Source: Candidatus Babeliales bacterium | Lineage (GTDB): Bacteria; Babelota; Babeliae; Babelales; JANWKD01 | Reading direction: 5' to 3' | NCBI GenBank assembly: GCA_963722075.1 | Contig: CAVRJM010000001.1 | Location: 256,001-320,000, forward strand | DNA length: 64,000 nt | Part shown: positions 28,194-38,616 of the stretch, one piece after another | Layout of the letters: each line of letters opens with the position of its first letter | Position numbering within the stretch: the first letter of the stretch is position 1 | Notes under the pieces: model-generated | The model's input: only the letters and a program-made list of their open reading frames with translations | Databases searched by the model: none | Told to the model about the DNA's origin: nothing | Translations under genes and position numbers: made by a program

Positions 28194-29498
28194 GTGAGTC
28201 GAAGCAATACGGGTGCAATTCAACTGCATCTCGATCACATCCAACCAAATTATGCAAAAGTAGTAGTAATTGTTCCCAAACACTATGTTTCAACCTTATA
28301 CAAGCGCGCATCGTTAGCGCAAAAAAATGAAATCTTTACGTATGGATTTCCAAAAGGTGCTACGCCGTTATCGTATATTGAACAAAATTACAAAGCGACC
28401 TTACTTGATCATGTAAAAGAATTTCTTTTCAAATATTTTGTTATGAGTTCCCTATACCAAGAGCTATTAACGCAAAAAGTTCGTATTGCAGGAGAACCAC
28501 GATTACATGATATCATTTTAACTGCTGAAGAAGATGCCCAGTATCATTTTGAACTATCGTTGACGGTGCCCATGGATTTAAGCCGATGGAAAATGTTATT
28601 ATTTAAAGCACCAAAGCGCAAAAATTATAAAGATATTGATCGGCAAGTAGAATCATTTATCAAAGAAGAGCAAAATAATTTAAAAAAATATCAAACCGAT
28701 GCGGTAGAAATTGGCGATTGGGTTTGTTTCTTCATCAGTTTAACTGATGAGGAAAACCAAGCTATTTTAGGCGATTATCAGGAGATGTTATGGTTAAAAA
28801 TTGGTAGTGAAGAGGCAGATATTCCATTTCAAGAACTATTTATTGGTAGAAAAAAGGGTGAATCTTTTTATAGCGCTGAAAAATGTTTGCAGGATTATTT
28901 CACCAGTTCACTAAATAGTAATTATCAGTTTCTGATTGAGATTAAAGATATTGTTCATCATGGTTTTTTCTCGATCGATCATTTGAAACATCATTTTAAA
29001 TTGCGCTCTAATAAAGAGGTTCATCAAAAGTTAATTGAAATCTTTTCGTATCGAAATGATCTTTCATTGCGACGAGCAATGGCAGAAGAATCATTAAAAT
29101 TATTAATTTCAAAGCACCCCTTTGATGTACCTAATTATTTAGTGTTACGGCAACAAAAAATAGTTTTAGAAGCAGTAAGCACTAATCCTGATTATCATGT
29201 ATATAAAACGCAACCGAATTTTAAAGAAAATATACGTCAATTAGCAATCAAGCAAGCAAAAGAAATGTTGCTTATTGACCAATTGATTCATGAAGAAAAT
29301 ATTGCTCTTTCGCAAACAGATTTTTTGGGATATCTTAACTTAGTTAAACGCCCGCGCACTAAAGAATTTGTGTACTTTAATTTACCAAATAGTAAGGTTG
29401 ATGGGCAGGAATTTCCGCTTTCATCAGTAATTTTAGGGCAATGCTGTTTACGTGAAAAAACGTTGAATCATATAATTTACGTATTAACAAAAAAATGA
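28194..29498 (+). CDS. tig: Trigger factor (divergent)
   Basis: Follows tRNA-Leu; GFPKGATP variant of the ribosome-binding loop; VEIGDWV...F.ELFIG.KKGE FKBP-like middle; FDVP..LV C-domain; typical length. Confidence 0.75.
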   Translation: MSRSNTGAIQLHLDHIQPNYAKVVVIVPKHYVSTLYKRASLAQKNEIFTYGFPKGATPLSYIEQNYKATLLDHVKEFLFKYFVMSSLYQELLTQKVRIAGEPRLHDIILTAEEDAQYHFELSLTVPMDLSRWKMLLFKAPKRKNYKDIDRQVESFIKEEQNNLKKYQTDAVEIGDWVCFFISLTDEENQAILGDYQEMLWLKIGSEEADIPFQELFIGRKKGESFYSAEKCLQDYFTSSLNSNYQFLIEIKDIVHHGFFSIDHLKHHFKLRSNKEVHQKLIEIFSYRNDLSLRRAMAEESLKLLISKHPFDVPNYLVLRQQKIVLEAVSTNPDYHVYKTQPNFKENIRQLAIKQAKEMLLIDQLIHEENIALSQTDFLGYLNLVKRPRTKEFVYFNLPNSKVDGQEFPLSSVILGQCCLREKTLNHIIYVLTKK

Positions 29499-30430
29499 AT
29501 AAAAATACTATCGCACCATTAATAATAATAGGGTCAGGACCAGCGGGGTTAACAGCGGCTATTTATGCAGCGCGTGCTAATTTAAATCCCATTATTGTTG
29601 AAGGAAAAGATCCAGGTGGCCAATTGATGGGAACTACTTATGTGGAAAATTGGCCTGGGAATCGATCAATTTTAGGCCCGCAACTGATGATGAATATGAG
29701 AGATCATGCCAAAGATTTAGGAACCCAGATTATTTCTGGTATGGTTACTAAAGTAGATTTTTCCCAAAAGCCGTTTACGCTAACGCTTTCCGATGATACC
29801 GTTATGAAAAGCCATTGCGTTATTATTGCCACCGGTGCTACCGCTAAACGATTAGGATGCCCGGGTGAAGATACCTATTGGGGCAAAGGAGTTACTACCT
29901 GTGCTGTTTGCGATGGCGCTTTTTACAAAGATCAGCCCGTAATAATTGTCGGTGGTGGCGATACGGCAATGGAAGATGCTTCTTTTATGACCAATTTTAC
30001 CGATAAAATTACGCTTGTTCATATTCTAGGTACATTAACCGCCTCGGCAGCTATGCAAGAGCGGATAATCAATAATCCTAAAATAAAGATTATATATAAT
30101 AGCACCGTTGTTGAAATGCTGGGGAATAATAAGCATGTGACGGGAGCAATTATTGAAAATCAGCAAACAAAAAAACGTGAGCAGTTTGAAACGAGTGCTG
30201 TTTTTGTTGCCGTTGGCTTAAACCCAAATACACAGCTCTATAAAGGGCAGCTTGAATTAGAAAAGAATGGTTATTTAAAGCTTAGTAATCATACGCATAC
30301 GTCAATACCGGGTGTTTTTGGCGCTGGCGATGTTGCTGATTATCGGTATCGACAAGCAATTACTTCTGCCGGAGCAGGGTGTATGGCTGCATTAGATGCA
30401 GAAAAATATATTAAAGAACAGGTACGCTGA
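29495..30430 (+). CDS. trxB: Thioredoxin-disulfide reductase
   Basis: IIGSGPAG, GGQL, CAVCDG, VGGGDTA, YRQAITSAG.GC.AA. Confidence 0.97.
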   Translation: MNKNTIAPLIIIGSGPAGLTAAIYAARANLNPIIVEGKDPGGQLMGTTYVENWPGNRSILGPQLMMNMRDHAKDLGTQIISGMVTKVDFSQKPFTLTLSDDTVMKSHCVIIATGATAKRLGCPGEDTYWGKGVTTCAVCDGAFYKDQPVIIVGGGDTAMEDASFMTNFTDKITLVHILGTLTASAAMQERIINNPKIKIIYNSTVVEMLGNNKHVTGAIIENQQTKKREQFETSAVFVAVGLNPNTQLYKGQLELEKNGYLKLSNHTHTSIPGVFGAGDVADYRYRQAITSAGAGCMAALDAEKYIKEQVR

Positions 30431-30481
30431 TTATTTTTTATATAAGTAGTTCAAATAATTGCTCAAGCTAGCCAATATCTC

Positions 30482-31069
30482 TTAATTGTTGCTCTTTTTT
30501 TCTTCTAAATGTTGAAGGATTTCTTCTAGGGGTATATTCTTATTATTGAGTGACGTATCATTTTCTTTAGTATTTTCTTCAGTTTCATATAAATAGTAGG
30601 GAAAACCAATTATTTGGTGGTTTCTTTTGCAATAGGGCTTCACCAATTCTATGTTTTCTTGCGTAAAGAGTTCGGCGACTCGCTCTTTTATACGCAACTC
30701 TTGATATGCTATCATCACTTCATACAAAAGCTGGTCAGTAGGTATAGATTGTTTACAATTTTTATATTCTTCTTTTATATATTCGGTGATAGATTTTCCT
30801 CTACCATTTGGAGAATGAGTGGGTAAAGCCCAGTCGGTAATAAGAGTAAAAGCATTTTGGGTTACGGGTAAGCGCAGATAGAGAACTGAAGTAGGATCAT
30901 ATTCTTCAGGAGGAGGTTCTTTAATGTACAGTGCGCTCTTTAATTTATTGAAAGGTAGCGGGTGGGTGTATTCAGCGACAACTTCATCCTCAATATAAAC
31001 ACGATACATACCCTGATTAACTGTTGGGAAAAAGATTATAAAAAATAAAAATAATAAGTATTTATTCAT
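30482..31069 (-). CDS. Secreted hypothetical protein, possible degenerate Skp1/BTB fold
   Basis: NQG|MYRV; LRLPV...F.LITDW and DQLLYEVMIA..L.I resemble Skp1/BTB helices. Confidence 0.55.
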   Translation of the reverse strand: MNKYLLFLFFIIFFPTVNQGMYRVYIEDEVVAEYTHPLPFNKLKSALYIKEPPPEEYDPTSVLYLRLPVTQNAFTLITDWALPTHSPNGRGKSITEYIKEEYKNCKQSIPTDQLLYEVMIAYQELRIKERVAELFTQENIELVKPYCKRNHQIIGFPYYLYETEENTKENDTSLNNKNIPLEEILQHLEEKKSNN

Positions 31070-31170
31070 GTAATTGCTTTTTTAATTATCAAATAATATA
31101 TAATTAATTTTATATAAAATTAACAAATTGTCAAATCAAATATTGCTTGATCGTAATTATTAAAAGTAAG

Positions 31171-31713
31171 TTAAAGTTTGCAATTGAGCCATTTATCAAC
31201 CATGCGTAGTACAGAAGGTCCTTGGGTGGGGAACAGTTCCTTATTATTGCTAAACCATCTTAATTCTTTTGATTCATGATTTTTAATAAATTCTTCTTGA
31301 GGGGTGCGCAGTAAAAATCTAATATCATAATGATAATGTGCAGGCTCATCTTTACGGGCGGGAATCAAATGAATATCGATATCAAATATCTCCATTGAAA
31401 CAGGGATAATGGTAGTTATCCCTGTTTCTTCTTGTACTTCTTTAATGGCAACTTCAAGTGGATTGTTGTTACCATCACAATGACCACCCGGTTGTAGCCA
31501 GCGATTTAATTTTGCATGATGCATTAGAAGCACTTTACTATGATCTTTATTTAATAATAAAGCAGAAGCAGTTAGATGACCAATTGCCAATGAGCGCTCA
31601 AAGCATGACGGATTATTCTCAATAAATTGAATAATACGGTGTTTATATTGTTGCTCTTCTATTGTAGGAGGAATATAGATATTAAGTAGTGATAGTAAAT
31701 GGTTGCGATGCAT
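31171..31713 (-). CDS. Nudix hydrolase (cytoplasmic)
   Basis: GHLTASA, HHAKL.RWLQPGGH, AIKEVQEETG, DIDIH.IP, HYHYD.RF. Confidence 0.9.
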   Translation of the reverse strand: MHRNHLLSLLNIYIPPTIEEQQYKHRIIQFIENNPSCFERSLAIGHLTASALLLNKDHSKVLLMHHAKLNRWLQPGGHCDGNNNPLEVAIKEVQEETGITTIIPVSMEIFDIDIHLIPARKDEPAHYHYDIRFLLRTPQEEFIKNHESKELRWFSNNKELFPTQGPSVLRMVDKWLNCKL

Positions 31714-31729
31714 CGTTAAATCCGTTTTC

Positions 31730-32878
31730 TTATTTTTTTAGTAAACTTTTTATATATGATACAAATTCATATATATCTTCAGCGGTAGTATCAAAAGAGG
31801 TCATCCATCGTACTTGCGATGTCGCCTCATCCCATATATAAAAATTATATTTTTCTTGTAATTGTGCAATAAGTTGTTTATCAAGGCGGGCAAAGACGGC
31901 GTTTGCTTGTACCGGATGCGTTATGGTGATTTCAGGAATATGAGCTAACTCTTTGGCGAGTAATTGTGCCATTGCATTGGCATGCGTTGCATTAGAATAC
32001 CAGAGATCATTTGATAAGAGCGCACTAAATTGTGCCGCAATAAAACGCATTTTTGAAACTAATTGCATTCCCTGTTTGCGGATGTATTTAAAATCATGGC
32101 CCATTTCTTTATTAAAAAAAATAACCGCTTCGCCAAGCATCATACCGTTCTTTGTACCACCAAAAGAAAGGATATCAATGCCAACGTCTCGTGTCAGTGC
32201 CGCTAAAGAAACATTAAGTGCTGCTGCAGCATTGCAAAGACGTGCACCATCCATATGCACCAGCATATTATTTGTATGCGCAAACGTAGTGATTTCTTGT
32301 ATTTCTTGCGGTGTATAGAGCGTTCCTAATTCGGTTGCTTGGGTGATTGAAATGATCGCGGGTTGTACTTTGTGCTGATCGCCGCGATCGATTAATAGTT
32401 TTTGAATATCTGCAACCGTAACTTTACCGTCTGCAGACGGTATAGTGAGTAATTTGCTTCCTAGAAATTGTTCTGGCGCGCCGCATTCGTCAACATTAAT
32501 ATGGGCAGTTTGAGCACAAATAATTGCTTGATACGATTTGAGTACGCTTGCAAGCCCGAGTACATTTGCTGCTGTGCCAGTAAGCACAAAATAGACTTGG
32601 ATATTGTTGCCAAAATGTTTTTTGAATAGTTCTACTGCTTGCTGCGTGTAAGGATCTGAGCCATACGCACCTACGTGATTGGTGTTAGCATCGATGATAG
32701 CTTGTAAACAAGCGGGGTGAATGCCCGCATAATTATCGCTGGCAAAGCTTTTTTTTGCTGGGCTGGCCATGTTAGCCATGTTATTTCCTTTCGAAATAGT
32801 ATGTTTAGTGTACATATCAATGCTTATTACCATAAGCGTAAAAAGTAATAATAAAAGTTGATTTCGAATAATACTCAT
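31730..32878 (-). CDS. ltaE: Low-specificity L-threonine aldolase (alternative internal start at 32779)
   Basis: FASDN, AYG.D, TGTAAN, HINVDECGAPE, TELGT.Y, HMDGAR, SFGGTKNG, SKMRF. Confidence 0.92.
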   Translation of the reverse strand: MSIIRNQLLLLLFTLMVISIDMYTKHTISKGNNMANMASPAKKSFASDNYAGIHPACLQAIIDANTNHVGAYGSDPYTQQAVELFKKHFGNNIQVYFVLTGTAANVLGLASVLKSYQAIICAQTAHINVDECGAPEQFLGSKLLTIPSADGKVTVADIQKLLIDRGDQHKVQPAIISITQATELGTLYTPQEIQEITTFAHTNNMLVHMDGARLCNAAAALNVSLAALTRDVGIDILSFGGTKNGMMLGEAVIFFNKEMGHDFKYIRKQGMQLVSKMRFIAAQFSALLSNDLWYSNATHANAMAQLLAKELAHIPEITITHPVQANAVFARLDKQLIAQLQEKYNFYIWDEATSQVRWMTSFDTTAEDIYEFVSYIKSLLKK

Positions 32879-33363
32879 AGTTTTCCTTCAAGTAAAACCT
32901 GCATAGAATTTGATACAAAATTTGCTTTGAGAGTTGATTCTGGTTTAGATCAAATTCGTAAAAAAAAATTAAGTTTTTTTTAAAAAAATTGATTGGGGAT
33001 TAAAAGATTATTTATTTAGGATAATTATGAGAAGAAGAACGCTTTGAGCGTTTAAGAAAAGGAATAGCCGTTTTTTCAGAAATTTTTGAAAAGAAAATAA
33101 TAGAATTATGTGTGTTGTTGAAGTTGACGTTATTTTGAGAAAAATAAGGCATATAAACTCCGTTTTAGTAATTATAGCTTTATAAGTATTGTACTGCAAT
33201 ATTTCAGATTTGTCAAATTGTATTAAGGATAAAGAAGGGTTTACGGATAAAATAATCTACGAATTTTAAGAGTTTATTTATTGCAATGATATCATTTTGC
33301 AAAGCCTCCAGCAAACCTGAAATCTATCGATTTCAGGGTAGAATTTAGTCATTAATATAAAAT

Positions 33364-33391
33364 TTGACAATTTGTAAATTTTTAATATAAT
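33364..33391 (+). promoter_or_regulatory. Sigma70-type promoter for the WD40 genes
   Basis: TTGACA-16 bp-TATAAT about 40 bp before the ATG at 33431. Confidence 0.7.
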
Positions 33392-33430
33392 AATATATAC
33401 CTGGAAAAAACCTAAAAGTGGAGACTTTTT

Positions 33431-35392
33431 ATGAAATTTATTAAAAAAAGCATAGTGCTACTTATTTTTTCTATTCTGAGTGGCTATAGTTCTATTTATC
33501 CAATGGAAGAAGAGGAAGAAAAAACAAGCGTAGAAATTGCTTATCAATTAGAGCAGGCATTTGTACAGGATCAGAACCAATTTGAAGCTTTAATAGCTTC
33601 TTTATCTCCTGATAATTTTATTGAACATTTAGCTGCTATTGCCGAAATCATACCATTACTTGAAAATTCGGATCTAATTACCCATATATGCTCCACTATT
33701 GTTACTGCAATAACTCAGCAAGAACAAAACAGTGAATTATATAATCAAGCGGTAAAAAATATGGTGCCGGTGGTAGATTTTCTTATTAGAAAAAAAGAGC
33801 TGCCGGGATTATCACAAATTATCGTTTTATATAATATTGATGAGCAATGGGCTGAAGTGTGTAATCGAATTAAAATGTGTATTAATGAATTATTGGCAGA
33901 AAATGCTTCACGTGGCTATGCACTCAAAAGAAAATCAGATACTTCTTTTTATAAAAAACCTGAGACTAAGAAGCAGAAAGCCGAAGCGGATGCGCCACCG
34001 GCTGTAATTCCATCGTTAGTAGCGTTATGTGCCTCTCACGTGGTAAACAATATACGATCAAATAGATATGAAGATAATACTTTTGTTAACAGTTTTGATT
34101 TTGCACAGGAAGCGAAATTATCTGAGATAGAAGATTCATGTCTCGCGCTTCTTTATAAAAAATCGCAAAAGAAAAATAAAAAGGGATTCGGAAAGGTTAT
34201 AAAATGGCTAAATGAGCTTAACTTGTCAGGAACTCAACGAAAAGCATTCAAAAATTATATTGTTAATAATTCAAGATCTATTCAAAGCTTACTTGTAAAG
34301 GCCCAATTACAAACAACATGCAATGAATTAAAATTGCCTTTTGATGTGACCACCATATTTGGTATGGTTCCTTCTTGCTCTGGTAACCTTATAGCGGCAC
34401 AGATTCCCGTAAAAGGAGGCCTGACTTTTTTTAATTGGAAAACAAATACCTCTGTTTTAGCTAAAAAAGAAACCCCTCACATTTTTAAAATGAAATTTAC
34501 TTCTGATGGAAAAAAATTGATTTCTTTTACTTCGTTAACGGGAGAAGCTACTATTTGTGAATGGGATTGCCAAACGGGTGAATGTATTAAAGAAAGAACC
34601 ATAAGCCTACTAGATGGTAATGGTAGATATTTTAATCTGATCGTATTGAATGCTGATAAGAAGCAAGTAATAGTAGGTTTTCCTAATGGTAACATTAAAT
34701 TATACGATATTGAAAATGATACATATGAATCTTTACCGATAACTATAAATGGGTCCATATTACTCCCAAAATTCTCCTCTAATTTATTAGAATTTTCTTC
34801 TAATGGAAAAAAATTAGTTATAAGTACTTATCTTGGCACAAAAATATATGATGTTGAAACATGGGATGAGATCGCACGATTCATCATGCCAATTAATGAA
34901 TGCATACTGAGTGAACACTTCATTGTATTTAAGACTTCTAACAATGCAAATAAAGTGTATAACTTTGAAAGAAAAGAATGTAATGATTTATTTGCAGCAG
35001 TGGATCGTTATTCTAGTAGATTGCTTGCTATTTCTCCCGATGAAACAATAATTGCAACTAATAATCGGCATTCGATATGCTTGTGGGATTGTCAAACAGG
35101 TCAGCTTTTAAAAACAATACAAGGACCAAATGAGAGTATTTATGAAGGTGCTTTTTGCGATGACGGGCAATCATTTATGTGTATATCAGGAACAAATAGC
35201 GTTTATCGTTATAATTTTATTATAAATAAAAAGCTAATGGCTGACTTAGATTTAGAAGCAGTATTATGGATTGAATATATGATACCAGCTGATTTATACG
35301 TTCGTCTTACGGAAATTTATTACAATAATACAAATTTATATGCACAATTGCCGGATGAGCTTAAAAGGCAGTTGAATGTATTGATACGGTAA
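33431..35392 (+). CDS. Secreted WD40-repeat protein with putative bipartite NLS and Elongin BC-box
   Basis: IYP|MEEE; KRKSD..KKPETKKQK; PSLVALCASHV; WD repeats ICEWDCQTGECIK, IKLYD, ICLWDCQTGQLLK. Confidence 0.8.
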   Translation: MKFIKKSIVLLIFSILSGYSSIYPMEEEEEKTSVEIAYQLEQAFVQDQNQFEALIASLSPDNFIEHLAAIAEIIPLLENSDLITHICSTIVTAITQQEQNSELYNQAVKNMVPVVDFLIRKKELPGLSQIIVLYNIDEQWAEVCNRIKMCINELLAENASRGYALKRKSDTSFYKKPETKKQKAEADAPPAVIPSLVALCASHVVNNIRSNRYEDNTFVNSFDFAQEAKLSEIEDSCLALLYKKSQKKNKKGFGKVIKWLNELNLSGTQRKAFKNYIVNNSRSIQSLLVKAQLQTTCNELKLPFDVTTIFGMVPSCSGNLIAAQIPVKGGLTFFNWKTNTSVLAKKETPHIFKMKFTSDGKKLISFTSLTGEATICEWDCQTGECIKERTISLLDGNGRYFNLIVLNADKKQVIVGFPNGNIKLYDIENDTYESLPITINGSILLPKFSSNLLEFSSNGKKLVISTYLGTKIYDVETWDEIARFIMPINECILSEHFIVFKTSNNANKVYNFERKECNDLFAAVDRYSSRLLAISPDETIIATNNRHSICLWDCQTGQLLKTIQGPNESIYEGAFCDDGQSFMCISGTNSVYRYNFIINKKLMADLDLEAVLWIEYMIPADLYVRLTEIYYNNTNLYAQLPDELKRQLNVLIR

Positions 35393-35843
35393 AATTATAA
35401 TAGTTAAATACTTTGAATCTTTACAAATGTTATGGCATTACCTGATACCTGTGGATTACAAACTAAATGGAGATTTTATGAAATTTATTAAAAAAAGCAT
35501 AGTGCTACTTATTTTTTCTATTCTGAGTGGCTATAGTTCTATTTATTCAATGGAAGAAGAGGAAGCAAAAACGAGCGTAGAAATTGCTCAGCAACTTGAA
35601 CAAGCATTTATTCAACAAGATCAAGCGCAATTTGAAGCGATATTGGCTTCAATTACAGCTGTGGATAGTAGCTTTATTGAGCAGCTTGATCGCATTATAG
35701 AAATTATACAATCAGTTGAAAATGGTGATTTAATTACAAATTTGTGTTCAACAATTATTACCGCAATAACGCAACAAGAACAAAATAATGAAATATATCA
35801 GGATGTCTTAAAACGCATGGTGTCCGTTGTTGATTTTCTTATC

Positions 35844-36992
35844 ACAGGACTTACGCAAGAGCATAAGAGTTCTCTTCAAAAGCATAAAATAAACTAGATG
35901 GTGTAGGGGGTTTTGCGACCCGAAAGGATCTGACAGCTTGTTCAGTATTGTCGAAATTATCTTTTACCCGCCTTATGTCGGCTAAAGCATAAGCCCATAA
36001 CACGAAAAGTAAATGCGCACGCTGCATGTTAAAAGAACGCATTTGGCATTCGCTGAATCCAAGAAGTTGTTTGGCAGTTCTATTGAAGCATTCAATTTGC
36101 CAACGAATCTTATATGTAGAAATTAGCTTCTCTTTGCCGAGCTGATGGCTACTGATAAGATACATAATTTTTTCCTTATCAATTTTTAACACATAGAAAT
36201 AACAGGAAAGACCAAAAATAGTGCCGTATCCACAAGCAAATCTGTTATTTTTTTTCAAACGTAAAATTTTTTGCAATTGTCCTGTTTTATTGTTAATAGT
36301 AACAACGCGATTTCTGGGAATTTTCATCAGAAATTTTATTGACCTGTTAAAAAGCTTTGGCAGAAGGTATTCAGTCGCATAATGGGCATCTGCAATTAAC
36401 CAATTAAACCGAATTGATCCTAGAACACGCTCTATAATAATGTAAGCAATTTCACTTTTTGTCTTGTAATTGGTTTCTCCAAATACTTTGCTTATCATAA
36501 TCTCCGCATCAATCGGTATTCTTACTCTGGTATCAGTGATCATGCCAATTACAGACCGTAATCCCAAAGCTGATCTTTTCTCACTACTATCATAAACAAT
36601 TTCTAATCCTTCAATATCGTTAGCATATTGCTTATTTACGGGAGTATCATCGATTATCAAATATCTTTCGCAATTGCTAAGACTTTCTAGAGCAACATTT
36701 TGTAATGAGCTTGTTATTTCTGCTGCATTCTGGGCTGCTTTTTCAACTTCCCTATTGAGCACATCATGCATTATTCCCAGTGTTTCAGAAATATTTGTGC
36801 AAACTTTTCGTGCCGTTGTTTTTAATAAACCCATTACATATTTTGGTGTGCTTGATTCTTCATTTGTATTTGTTATTCTCATTTCGGGTGTCCTTCTTTT
36901 TTGCTTTTGTTGTTTAATTCACAAAATTGAAGCACCCTTTTTTATTTATTTCAAGTCCCAATCAGAACTTTCGACCAATGCGTAAGTCCTGT
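35844..36992 (-). mobile_element. Insertion sequence, IS701-like DDE element, 1149 bp
   Basis: Perfect 14-bp inverted repeats ACAGGACTTACGCA/TGCGTAAGTCCTGT; TATC direct repeat (35840-43 and 36993-96). Can also be read as a 13-bp IR with a TTATCA duplication. Confidence 0.92.
35851..36882 (-). CDS. DDE transposase
   Basis: LIIDDT, IADAHY, YKIRWQIECFNRTAKQLLG..ECQMRS (YREK-type motif); stop codon lies inside the IR. Confidence 0.9.
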   Translation of the reverse strand: MRITNTNEESSTPKYVMGLLKTTARKVCTNISETLGIMHDVLNREVEKAAQNAAEITSSLQNVALESLSNCERYLIIDDTPVNKQYANDIEGLEIVYDSSEKRSALGLRSVIGMITDTRVRIPIDAEIMISKVFGETNYKTKSEIAYIIIERVLGSIRFNWLIADAHYATEYLLPKLFNRSIKFLMKIPRNRVVTINNKTGQLQKILRLKKNNRFACGYGTIFGLSCYFYVLKIDKEKIMYLISSHQLGKEKLISTYKIRWQIECFNRTAKQLLGFSECQMRSFNMQRAHLLFVLWAYALADIRRVKDNFDNTEQAVRSFRVAKPPTPSSLFYAFEENSYALA

Positions 36993-38616
36993 TATCAATA
37001 AAAAGCATCTTCAGGCGTTATCTCAAATTATAATTCTGTATAATACTGATGAACGATGGGTCGAATTATGTGATCGTATCAAAATTCATATTAATGAATT
37101 AGTAGCAGAAAATGCTACGCGTGGGTATGCCCTAAAAAGAAAATCTGATACTTCTTTCTATAAAAAAGCAGAGCCCAAAAAACAAAAAGTGGATGGTGAA
37201 GAAATACCATCGTTAATACAATTGTGTACGTCATGTATTACAAAAAATGTACAATCAGGTTCTTATGATTCGGAGAGTGTTGTTAGGATTTTTGATTTTG
37301 CCCTGGAACCGAGATTACCAACGATAGAAAATTCATGTTTAGGTGTATTATATCAAGAAGCACAAGAACAAAATAAAAAAAGTTTTTTAGCAACAGCTCA
37401 GTGGTTAGAAAATCTTAATTTATCATCAACACAAATGGAAGCATTAAGAAATCATATTGTAAATAATTCAAAAGCACTTCGTGCATTATTGCTAAAACTA
37501 GAAGCTGCTACAAAATTAATTACCCAATTTGAATTATTGGGCCCTAGCTATGAATCTGCTTTATCTTCTGATGGAAATGTTCTTGCATTACAAGAGCGGG
37601 GAAATAATATTATTAAATTATTTAACTGCAAAACAGGTAAATTACTTCAGGAAGTGCAAGGGCTTTCAGGTCCTGTTTTTGTAATGGCTCTTTCATGTGA
37701 TGGAAAAAAATTAATTACTAACTCACTGGTAGCTGGTTCTGCTACGTTTCGTTTATGGGATTGCGATACTGCTACTTGCATTAAAGAATATACTTTTACG
37801 AATAATGATTTACTTTCTGCATTGGCAGTAAATGCTAATAAAAAGATTATGGCGTTAGGTTTTGAAAATGGAACGATACAGCTTTATAACATGGAAACTA
37901 ATGGTATTAAAAATTTAATAAGCAAGGGGACAATTAATTTGCTACAATTTTCCGATGATGGTAAAAGGTTAATATCCAGCGCAACTAATGAAACACGATT
38001 GTGGGATCTTGAAACTGATAAAAGCATTATGCTTTATACAAAAAGAATTGATGGTTGCTTATTAAGTGAAAATTTTGTTGCATATAATAGAGGAAATTCA
38101 GCTAAGCTATTTAATCTTCAAACGAATCAATATTACAATTTACAAAGTCGTGATATTTTAAATTATTTTAAATGTATCAAATTACTTGCATTTTCTCCTG
38201 GTGAAACAATACTTGCAACAACTGGTAATAATTCCGGGGCTATTTGTTTATGGGACTCTCAAACTGGTCAACATATCAAAACAATTCAATGTCCTACTAA
38301 TAGATCTATTAGTTCACTCGTTTTTAATAGCGACGGAGAATCATTCATTTGTCTTCCAAAATGTTTCCTTCTACAAGTTGGTGGAGCTTTCGTTGACTTT
38401 AAAGATGTCATATATATTTATAATTTTATTGATAAACAAATATTAGCTGATTTGGATATAGAAACACTATTATGGCTTGGGTATCTTTTAAGCGCTGATC
38501 CAATAACGGTTCAAATGGAAATTTTCCTTTATAATCGAGATTTGTATGAAAAATTACCTGACGAGATTAAAAGATATTTAGATAGTATTAAGTAATATAA
38601 AATTTGAGTCAGAGAA

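Larger units (their letters stand above)
35478..38595 (+). pseudogene. WD40 paralogue interrupted by an IS
   Basis: Removing 35844-36992 plus one target copy restores VDFLINKKHLQALSQIIILYN, collinear with VDFLIRKKELPGLSQIIVLYN of 33431-35392. Confidence 0.9.

Noticed and set aside
26339..30430. Alternative genetic code (TGA recoding)
   Set aside because: pyrH, tig and trxB end at TGA at the expected lengths, consistent with code 11.
32890..33430. AT-rich gap as replication origin, and the 63-aa ORF within it
   Set aside because: No clustered TTATCCACA DnaA boxes or dnaA context; it reads as a divergent promoter region with one palindrome (CCTGAAATC..GATTTCAGG).
35427..38595. ORFs 35427-35897 and 37189-38595 as independent genes or a programmed frameshift
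   Set aside because: Both are halves of one gene split by the IS.
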